Sequence record: SRR31156797_2984
Length of the DNA: 41,953 nucleotides
Direction: 5' to 3' (one strand)
Shown: positions 34,864-41,953 of the stretch, in pieces
Layout of the letters: each line of letters opens with the position of its first letter
Position numbering within the stretch: position 1 is the stretch's first letter
Notes under the pieces: generated by a model
Told to the model about the DNA's origin: nothing
Seen by the model: the letters and a program-made list of their open reading frames with translations, nothing else
Database searches by the model: none
Made by a program: the position numbers and the translations under genes

Positions 34864-35490
34864 ATGGCTAGAAAACAACAGGAAAAATCGCTCCAGACCA
34901 AGAAAGAGCTAATGGAATCAGCCAACGAACTTTTCGGTAAAAAAGGTTTCGTGGAAACCACGGTGGCAGAAATAACCAAACATGCCGGGTACGCCAAAGG
35001 CAATTTTTACCGCCATTGGGTGAGCAAGGACAAACTCTTTCTGGAAATAGTGGAAGAAAAGCTGACCGAGTACCGCAATTCCCGCGATGACAGGCTGGAT
35101 AAAGCCCAATCCCTTGAAGAAGTAATGAACATCATTTGGGATTTTCTGGAAAACATTGTCCGCGACCAAAACTGGGCCAAAGTCTTTCTGGAGTTCACTA
35201 TCTATGCCTCACGGGTACCGGAACTACGCGAAGACCTCAGCCTTAGCCAATACCGTCTTTCCGAACAAGTCTTTGCCGATCTGGTTCGTGATTTTGTAGA
35301 GACGGATTATCCTCCCGAAAAGATCGGAGCCTTCAACACCGTACTATTTGAAGGTTATATGGTACGAAGCTCCATTGAAAGCGGATTCATGATTCAAAAC
35401 AGTAATGGAGCCGGGTTGATCGGTTTTACCGATGTCCGGGAAGCCGCGGTAACTCTCGCCTTAAAAAATGGACTTAAAAAAGCTGAATAA
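34864..35490 (+). CDS. TetR/AcrR family transcriptional regulator
   Basis: N-terminal HTH A.ELF..KGF..TTVAEI...AG.AKG.FYRHW.SK. Confidence 0.93.
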   Translation: MARKQQEKSLQTKKELMESANELFGKKGFVETTVAEITKHAGYAKGNFYRHWVSKDKLFLEIVEEKLTEYRNSRDDRLDKAQSLEEVMNIIWDFLENIVRDQNWAKVFLEFTIYASRVPELREDLSLSQYRLSEQVFADLVRDFVETDYPPEKIGAFNTVLFEGYMVRSSIESGFMIQNSNGAGLIGFTDVREAAVTLALKNGLKKAE

Positions 35491-35523
35491 ACAGCCATTC
35501 TACATAAAACAAACGGAGGGAAC

Positions 35524-36534
35524 ATGAAAAAACTTTTAATTACAGTAGTAGCCGCAGCCATGTGCATGTGCGCCCTGCCTCTTACTGCAGGTGCAAAATC
35601 CATTAACCTGACCTATTCCAACTTTTTCCCGCCCACCCACATCCAGTCCAAGCTGGCCCAGCAGTGGAGTGATGAAGTTACCAAACGCACTGATGGCCGC
35701 GTAACTATCGCTTACTTTCCCGGCGGAACCCTGACCAAAGCCAAGCAGTGCTACGACGGTGTAGTTGAAGGCCTTTCCGATATCGGTATGTCTGCACTTG
35801 CATATTCCCGTGGCCGTTTCCCGACCATGGCTGCAGTAGACCTGCCCCTTGGATACAAATCCGGCGTTGCCGCTACCAAAGTTGCCAACGCGGTTTACGA
35901 TAAGTTCCAGCCCAAAGAACTGCGCGACGTAAAAGTACTTTTCTTCCATGCTCACGGTCCCGGACTGCTCTTCACAGCGAAGAAACCAGTTAAAACTCTC
36001 GAAGACCTCAAAGGCATGAAACTGCGCGGAACAGGTAACTCCGCACAGTTGCTCAAGGCACTCGGTGCAGCTCCGGTTGCCATGTCCATGCCCGATACCT
36101 ATCAGGCCATCCGCAAAGGCGTTGTTGACGGCGGTGTTTACCCCATGGAAACCAACAAGGGTTGGAAAATGGGCGAAGTAGTCGACTACTGCACCCTTGA
36201 CTACCCTGTGGGCTACACCACCACTTTCTTTGCAGTTATGAGCAAGGACAAATGGAATGCCATCTCCGAACAGGATCAGAAAATCATAATGGAAGTCAGC
36301 AAAGAATTTGCTACCAAGCACGGTCAGGCATGGGATGAAAGCGACAAGGAAGGCCGCGAATTCCTGACCAAGAAAGGCGGACAGTTTATCGAACTGAGTG
36401 AAGCCGAAGGCAAACGCTGGAAAGAAAAAGCCGCGCCCATGATGGATGATTACATCAAGAAAGCCGGCAAGAAAAAACTCGACGGCAAAGCAATTCTCGA
36501 CTTCACCGTTGAAACTTTAAACAGCGTACAATAA
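35524..36534 (+). CDS. dctP: TRAP transporter substrate-binding protein DctP
   Basis: Signal peptide, conserved DLKGMKLR with the carboxylate-binding Arg, and LGAAPVAM..TYQAI.KGVVDG. RBS GGAGG. Confidence 0.93.
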   Translation: MKKLLITVVAAAMCMCALPLTAGAKSINLTYSNFFPPTHIQSKLAQQWSDEVTKRTDGRVTIAYFPGGTLTKAKQCYDGVVEGLSDIGMSALAYSRGRFPTMAAVDLPLGYKSGVAATKVANAVYDKFQPKELRDVKVLFFHAHGPGLLFTAKKPVKTLEDLKGMKLRGTGNSAQLLKALGAAPVAMSMPDTYQAIRKGVVDGGVYPMETNKGWKMGEVVDYCTLDYPVGYTTTFFAVMSKDKWNAISEQDQKIIMEVSKEFATKHGQAWDESDKEGREFLTKKGGQFIELSEAEGKRWKEKAAPMMDDYIKKAGKKKLDGKAILDFTVETLNSVQ

Positions 36535-36558
36535 TCGCAGACGAATATAGATTCTATA

Positions 36559-36593
36559 TCCCCCGTCCTGTTATGCAAGGCGGGGGAAATTTT
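36559..36593 (+). terminator. Stem-loop after dctP (partial terminator or mRNA stabiliser)
   Basis: TCCCCCGTC..GGCGGGGGA hairpin followed by AATTTT. Confidence 0.55.
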
Positions 36594-36611
36594 GTAAATT
36601 TGGAGATTGTA

Positions 36612-37097
36612 GTGGGTAATCAAGTCACAGGCTTCATTGATAAATTTGAGGCACTTTTAAAAAAAATTGCCGCCATCTGCCTGATCGGCATGGCCCTTTT
36701 GACCGGGGCGGATATTATTTCGCGCGGAGTGCTGGACACCCCAATTTTCGGGGTTGAAGATGTCGTAGCGGTTCTGGCTGTACTAACCACCGGACTGGCC
36801 CTCGGATACGCAGAGAGTCAAAAGGCAAACATCGGTGTGGAATTCCTGTACAGCAAAATGAACGCCCGTACCCGGTGCACCGTTAAGATGATCACCACTT
36901 CCATAAGTGTTGCATTGTTTGGTCTGGTAACTTGGAGACTATATCTTTACGGATGTTCCATGCGTGAGGCTGAGGAAGTTTCCATGACCCTTGAATTACC
37001 CACTGACATGGTCATTTTCGCACTGGCTTTCGGTTTCGGTTGTTTTACCCTCACCCTGCTGAAAGAACTCATCATGCTTTTCAAAGGGGAAGAATAA
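36612..37097 (+). CDS. dctQ: TRAP transporter small permease DctQ
   Basis: Four TM helices, ADIISR..PIFG and NIGVEFL. GTG at 36612 follows GGAG; ORF opens at 36573. Confidence 0.88.
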   Translation: MGNQVTGFIDKFEALLKKIAAICLIGMALLTGADIISRGVLDTPIFGVEDVVAVLAVLTTGLALGYAESQKANIGVEFLYSKMNARTRCTVKMITTSISVALFGLVTWRLYLYGCSMREAEEVSMTLELPTDMVIFALAFGFGCFTLTLLKELIMLFKGEE

Positions 37098-38411
37098 ATG
37101 GAACCGACCACTCTTGGAATCATCGGCATCTTCGTGATGCTAGCCCTGCTCATGACCCGCATGCCCGTGGCTTATGTCATGACCCTTGTGGGCTTTGGCG
37201 GGTTCTCCATGCTCATTTCCGTGAAAGGTGGTATGAACCTGCTTTCGCGCAGCTTTTACGACACCTTTTCATCCTACAGTCTGTCCACCATTCCGCTGTT
37301 CATCCTCATGGGCCAGCTAGCCTTTAACAGCGGGATCAGCCGCAGGCTGTACAGCACGGCATACCATTTTATGGGCCATATTCAAGGCGGTCTGGCTATG
37401 GCAACTGTTGCCGCCTGCACCGCTTTCGGATCAGTTTGTGGTTCCAGTCCTGCTACCGCTGCCACAATGGCAACTGTCGGCATCCCGGAAATGAAACGCT
37501 ACGGCTACTCCAATTCCCTTGCGGCTGGCTCCGTTGCTTCCGGCGGAGGTCTGGGTATGATCATGCCGCCCAGCATCGTGCTCATCGTTTACGGCATCCT
37601 CACCGAGCAATCCATTGGCGAATTGTTCATGGCCGGCATCCTGCCTTCAGTGGTGTTGACCATCCTGTTCATAATCGCCATTGCACTGGTTTGCCACCGC
37701 GATCCCAGTCTCGGACCCAAGGGCGAAAGATTTCCATTAAGCGCAAAACTGAAATCCCTTATGGGACTGCTCGACACCATTGCTGTGTTCGCTCTGGTAA
37801 TCGGTGGAATGTTCTTTGGATTCTTTACCCCTAATGAATCAGCGGCAGTGGGCGTACTGGGAATTCTAGCACTCGGCATCATCAAACGCCAACTGACTTG
37901 GCAGGCTTTTGTGAATTCGCTCTATGAGACACTGCGTACATCGGTAATGGTGCTCTTTCTCGTTGCCGGTGCGTTGATTTTCGGCAAATTCCTAGCCGTA
38001 ACCCGCATTCCCTTTAATGTTGCAGCATGGACCGCATCATTTGACCTACATCCGCTGATCATCGTTTCCATGATCCTCATCGTCTACTTCATCGGCGGCT
38101 GCATCATGGATGCACTGGCCTTGATCATGCTGACAATCCCGGTTTTCTACCCGGTCATCACCACTCTGGGCTTCGATCCAATCTGGTTCGGGGTCATCAT
38201 TGTACTGGTCACCCAGATAGGAGTCATCACCCCGCCCGTAGGCATCAACGTCTACGTGGTTTATGGCATGGCCCAGAAATTCGCGCCGGATATCACTCTT
38301 GAGGATATCTTCAAGGGAACCATGCCCTTCCTAATGGCCATTCTGGTGGGGATAATGCTTTTCGCCATCTTCCCGCAAATTATTTTATATCTGCCGCAGG
38401 CGATGTACTAA
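37098..38411 (+). CDS. dctM: TRAP transporter large permease DctM
   Basis: IPLFILMG, GGLAMA, GSS.ATAA, MPPS and ITPPVG.N motifs, about 12 TM segments. Confidence 0.95.
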   Translation: MEPTTLGIIGIFVMLALLMTRMPVAYVMTLVGFGGFSMLISVKGGMNLLSRSFYDTFSSYSLSTIPLFILMGQLAFNSGISRRLYSTAYHFMGHIQGGLAMATVAACTAFGSVCGSSPATAATMATVGIPEMKRYGYSNSLAAGSVASGGGLGMIMPPSIVLIVYGILTEQSIGELFMAGILPSVVLTILFIIAIALVCHRDPSLGPKGERFPLSAKLKSLMGLLDTIAVFALVIGGMFFGFFTPNESAAVGVLGILALGIIKRQLTWQAFVNSLYETLRTSVMVLFLVAGALIFGKFLAVTRIPFNVAAWTASFDLHPLIIVSMILIVYFIGGCIMDALALIMLTIPVFYPVITTLGFDPIWFGVIIVLVTQIGVITPPVGINVYVVYGMAQKFAPDITLEDIFKGTMPFLMAILVGIMLFAIFPQIILYLPQAMY

Positions 38412-38427
38412 GACAAACGACTCATAC

Positions 38428-38472
38428 AAAAAAGAAATCCGCAGTACCAGATGGTGCTGCGGATTTTTATTT
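38428..38472. terminator. Bidirectional terminator
   Basis: AAATCCGCAGTACCA-ga-TGGTGCTGCGGATTT hairpin flanked by A- and T-runs between convergent genes. Confidence 0.85.
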
Positions 38473-38497
38473 ACTTTCACAAACGAACTAATCCCAC

Positions 38498-40303
38498 TTA
38501 AAAAAACATCTGCATCCCCGCCACCAATACGACCATAAAAATAATAGTCATTCCGGTTCCTGCACGCAGATAATCAACAGCCTTCAGTCCAGCAGGACGC
38601 ATAACCAAGGCATTAACCTGATGAGTTGGTAGAATAAAAGTATTAGACGCCGCCAAAGCCACTGTCATAGCCGCCACACGCGGATCTGCCCCGCAGGATA
38701 AAGCCAGGTTCATGGACAATGGGACCAGTAAAACCGTGGCTCCTACATTGGAAGTAAAGAGAGTGAAGAATGATGTTAACAACCCGATACAGATAAGCAG
38801 GACCGTTGGCGATGGTACTCCAACGGCGTTCATGAGCATATCTGCAATCATCTTGGCTGCCCCGGTATTCTCAAAAGCAAGCCCTAGCGGAATCAATCCG
38901 GCCAGCAGAAAGACAGTCATCCAGTCCACAGAACGGTAAGCTTCATCAATAGTCAGCACCCGCCCGAGAATCATGGCCATGGCTCCGAAAAGCAGCGAAA
39001 TGGAAAGCTGAATATCCAACCCCAGAATCATAAACATGGTCACAGCCAGGCAGCCCAATGCAAAGGGGGCCTTGTCCTCGCGCAACAACTCACCTTTAAT
39101 CGGCTCGGTAAAAATCAAATCATTCTGATCCTTAAACTGATGGAAAGCGCTCCACTTACCGTGCAGCAGTAAAGCATTCCCCTCACTGACGACCAGATTG
39201 GAAAGATCGCTGATTATCATCTCGTGCCCTACATAAACGGCCAGAGGCACTACGCCAAATTTTTTACGTAACTGAATCTCACCGACAGTCATCCCGACCA
39301 TCTGTGACCGAGGGGAAACAATCCCTTCCATTATCCCTGAATTTGTGGGCGCAAGATCATCAGCAAAGACCTTCAACTCACGCGAATACGACCAACCGAA
39401 ATCAGCTGCCAGCTTTTCAATAAACATAGCCTCACCGATGACGGCAATAGTGTCCCCGGGACAAAGAGTATCTTCCGGACGAGGCGCAACATTCCTTTTA
39501 TGAGTTACAGCGTTGTATGAGGCCAAAACTGAGCAGGCATAGTTTGAACGAATCTGGAGTTCTGAAAGACACTGCTCACTGAAGCCAGTAGCTGGAATTT
39601 TCATCTCATAAATCTCACCCACATCATGGTAAGTTTTATCTAATAGAGGCGAAAGCGGCCCACTAACCTTGCTGGCCTTACTGTGGGGTAAAATCCATTT
39701 TCCAAACACGCTGAAGTAAAGCAAGGCTGATATTATAAGCATGATCCCGATTGGAGTCATGCTGAACATGCCGAAGTGATCATAGCTTACACCACGCACA
39801 GTAAGTAAATCATTTAGCAAAATCAGAGGGCTTGATCCGACCAGAGTTAAAGTGCCGCCAATGATGGCGCAGAAAGCCATGGGCAATAAAATATGCGAGG
39901 CAGGAACACCTGTTTGGGTGGAAATGCGTCTAGCAGCAGGCATGAAAAGCGCAGCAGCTCCAATGTTCTGCATGAACCCGGATATCCCGGCAACAGTTGC
40001 CGCGACCATTGAAGTAATCTTCTTTTCATCCTTTCCTGCAAACTTAAGAATCAATTGAGCCAGCTTATTCATGACCCCGGTTTTATCGAGAGCTGCCCCG
40101 AGAATGATGACAGCAATGATGGACACAACGGCATTACTACTCAAACCGCTGATCGCCTGTTGTGGGGTAACCAGACCAAGCAAGGGCAAACAGACCATGA
40201 CCATAATACCAACCATGTCTACGCGTACCCATTCAAAAACGAAGAACAGTACGACTAAAAAAAGAACCGAGAGAACGAGAATTATATCGGGAGTTATAGG
40301 CAT
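38498..40303 (-). CDS. SLC13/DASS-family permease with two TrkA-C (RCK) domains
   Basis: SGFMQNIGA, GGTLTLVGSSP, central TrkA-C repeats, FTSNVGA and TH(Q)VNALV. Confidence 0.9.
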   Translation of the reverse strand: MPITPDIILVLSVLFLVVLFFVFEWVRVDMVGIMVMVCLPLLGLVTPQQAISGLSSNAVVSIIAVIILGAALDKTGVMNKLAQLILKFAGKDEKKITSMVAATVAGISGFMQNIGAAALFMPAARRISTQTGVPASHILLPMAFCAIIGGTLTLVGSSPLILLNDLLTVRGVSYDHFGMFSMTPIGIMLIISALLYFSVFGKWILPHSKASKVSGPLSPLLDKTYHDVGEIYEMKIPATGFSEQCLSELQIRSNYACSVLASYNAVTHKRNVAPRPEDTLCPGDTIAVIGEAMFIEKLAADFGWSYSRELKVFADDLAPTNSGIMEGIVSPRSQMVGMTVGEIQLRKKFGVVPLAVYVGHEMIISDLSNLVVSEGNALLLHGKWSAFHQFKDQNDLIFTEPIKGELLREDKAPFALGCLAVTMFMILGLDIQLSISLLFGAMAMILGRVLTIDEAYRSVDWMTVFLLAGLIPLGLAFENTGAAKMIADMLMNAVGVPSPTVLLICIGLLTSFFTLFTSNVGATVLLVPLSMNLALSCGADPRVAAMTVALAASNTFILPTHQVNALVMRPAGLKAVDYLRAGTGMTIIFMVVLVAGMQMFF

Positions 40304-40471
40304 AGTGAATTTAGATTTCCTTTAAATAATGAATTTGCATCATCTAAAAATGCCTTAGTTCTTTTTTTTAGACAAGGGAGAGTTGTTGGGTATATTGTAT
40401 CCTCCTCCCCAAACCACAAGAAAGACTCACTCTTAAAATTACGAGGTTAATTTGCGTAGCTAAGCTGGCAA

Positions 40472-41734
40472 TTAATGAACATCAGGTATATTATTGTAAC
40501 CAGACACCCCTTCCTTATTTGTTAAAATCATTCCCATTCCAAACAATACACTCCGCTGAATGTCAGGATCAGAATCCTCATAAGCCTCCAACAGCACATC
40601 TAGATCACCGGCATCACCAATCAACCCCAGTCCCGCAGCGGCCCTGCAGCGGATTGTTCTAGCAACTTCATGATTCTCGACTAGTGAAACCAAAGTCTCC
40701 GTGTATCTATCAGAATTTGAATTTGCAATAGCATCAACCATGACAACATATTTTGCCAACTCGTCATCCTCAGGACGCTTATCAGACCATATTCGATCAA
40801 CGATATCTTCAAGATTGTCATTGAACTTTGTAAAACATGACAGAGCTTCTGCTTTTGGCATCCCCTTACGGCTCTCAACATCAAACTTTTGAAATAAAGA
40901 AAGTAAATCGTTCAACACTGCGTTAAATTGAAGAGAATCCCCTTCGCTGTACTCATAGTCTTCATAGTATTTATTCATATCTTCGATGGCATCGTCAATT
41001 TTAGCAATTACATTCAGTCCGTCAATCATTCTTTGTTCATTGCGTGTACTCTCATTCTCAGTCATTCGCTTACGAATACGCCGCAATTTTTCCATAGAAG
41101 AAGCAATCTGTGCCGATATAGAATTACTAAAATCGATCTCGGATAATACTTTATTTGACTCTACTTTTTTAAGTTCGTGAACAACTTTATTGGAAGCGTA
41201 CGAATAATCCTTTTGTTTCTTAGAACTTAATAAAATATTTTTTAAACTTGCGAGTCGTGGGTCAGCGATACTGGCTTCGTTTATAGCATCCAGACTGTAT
41301 TTACTATTAATCCTCGCCAAAGCAATCAGCGCAGCTTCTTTAACCTCCAAAGATTCAGAGTTATTAACAGCCTCAACAATAACATCAATTGATTTAGCTC
41401 TCAGTTCCTTATTCTTGTAGTAGCTTAAAGCTTTAGGGCCGATAAACAACAAAACCAGTAAGCTTACAAAGACGGGGACAATAATATGAATAGAAATTTT
41501 TTCACCAATGCGCAAAATATAGGGAGAAATAAATTTCCATATATATATAGCAAAGACCCATTCAACAATCATGAGCAAGCCGATTATCAAAAATGAATTT
41601 GATATAAAACGGCTATGTGACTGGATAAACATGGGAAAAAGATGAGGATAATTTTCAATGAAATATCCTGATGCACAGAACAATACAGCAGTAAAAATTT
41701 GGCCAAAGCGATAATTATCAAAATTATTTTTCAT
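40472..41734 (-). CDS. Hypothetical membrane protein with HEAT-like repeats and coiled coil
   Basis: Three N-terminal TM helices and HEAT-like units (EVKEAALIALA, IRCRAAAGLGLIGD, DSDPDIQRSVLFGMG). ATG 41734 has RBS GGAGG (ORF opens at 41779). Visibly AT-rich. Confidence 0.7.
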   Translation of the reverse strand: MKNNFDNYRFGQIFTAVLFCASGYFIENYPHLFPMFIQSHSRFISNSFLIIGLLMIVEWVFAIYIWKFISPYILRIGEKISIHIIVPVFVSLLVLLFIGPKALSYYKNKELRAKSIDVIVEAVNNSESLEVKEAALIALARINSKYSLDAINEASIADPRLASLKNILLSSKKQKDYSYASNKVVHELKKVESNKVLSEIDFSNSISAQIASSMEKLRRIRKRMTENESTRNEQRMIDGLNVIAKIDDAIEDMNKYYEDYEYSEGDSLQFNAVLNDLLSLFQKFDVESRKGMPKAEALSCFTKFNDNLEDIVDRIWSDKRPEDDELAKYVVMVDAIANSNSDRYTETLVSLVENHEVARTIRCRAAAGLGLIGDAGDLDVLLEAYEDSDPDIQRSVLFGMGMILTNKEGVSGYNNIPDVH

Positions 41735-41953
41735 ACCACCCTCCATATGAAACATACTCACCCAAATAGACATAGGCACATCTATACATGGCTAGCACTT
41801 ATAATTAACGACATCAACCGAGAGTTATTGAAATTCAAACACTACCCTCTCCCACTGGCTACCTAGCAGTAACATCAGCGATGAAGAGTGAACTTCCTAG
41901 TAGAGATCAAAAATTACATACAGCCGAAACAAGTAAAGCCCCCGAACCTAAGT

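Noticed and set aside
35536-36321. 261-aa antisense ORF over dctP
   Set aside because: Lies opposite a strongly codon-biased gene, has no recognisable motifs and is a typical shadow ORF.
40436-40453. Further AAAATTAC matches (40436, 11073, 32272, about 41910) as extra regulator boxes
   Set aside because: They lack the correctly spaced GTAATTTT arm and the 11-bp phased repeats, and are expected by chance in AT-rich DNA.
1-41953. CRISPR arrays, tRNA/rRNA genes, IS elements, prophage genes
   Set aside because: No spaced repeat array, structural RNA signature, transposase or integrase motif was seen, and intergenic spaces are short.

Overview
Bacterial chromosomal window with mid-range GC. Gene content and protein style suggest a sulfate-reducing Desulfovibrionaceae member such as Maridesulfovibrio; this is inferred, not verified. 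The centrepiece is a ~17 kb minus-strand Pel exopolysaccharide operon (32090 to 15395) in a non-canonical form. The order is pelC, pelA split into separate hydrolase and deacetylase genes, pelB split into a membrane-anchored TPR gene and a SPOR-TPR-beta-barrel gene, then pelD, pelE, pelF and pelG. These are followed by a PelX-type epimerase fused in frame to an HDOD domain and a second tandem HDOD paralogue. A second GH114-type lipoprotein hydrolase is transcribed divergently from the operon. Left of the operon are an SsuBC-like ABC pair, yaiI, a PaaK-like ligase, a 4Fe-4S membrane protein/CusRS-like two-component system/PepSY cluster with two identically built promoters, a PEP-synthase-like dikinase coupled to a CX5R phosphatase-YkgJ fusion, a Cache hybrid kinase, a Tat-exported superoxide-reductase-like protein and a CstB-like MBL-rhodanese. 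Right of it are an RcnA-like Ni/Co transporter, a TetR-TRAP operon with tandem operators, an SLC13/TrkA-C permease and an AT-rich membrane HEAT-repeat orphan. No rRNA, tRNA, CRISPR array or transposase was seen. All calls rest on motif recognition by eye, without database searches.
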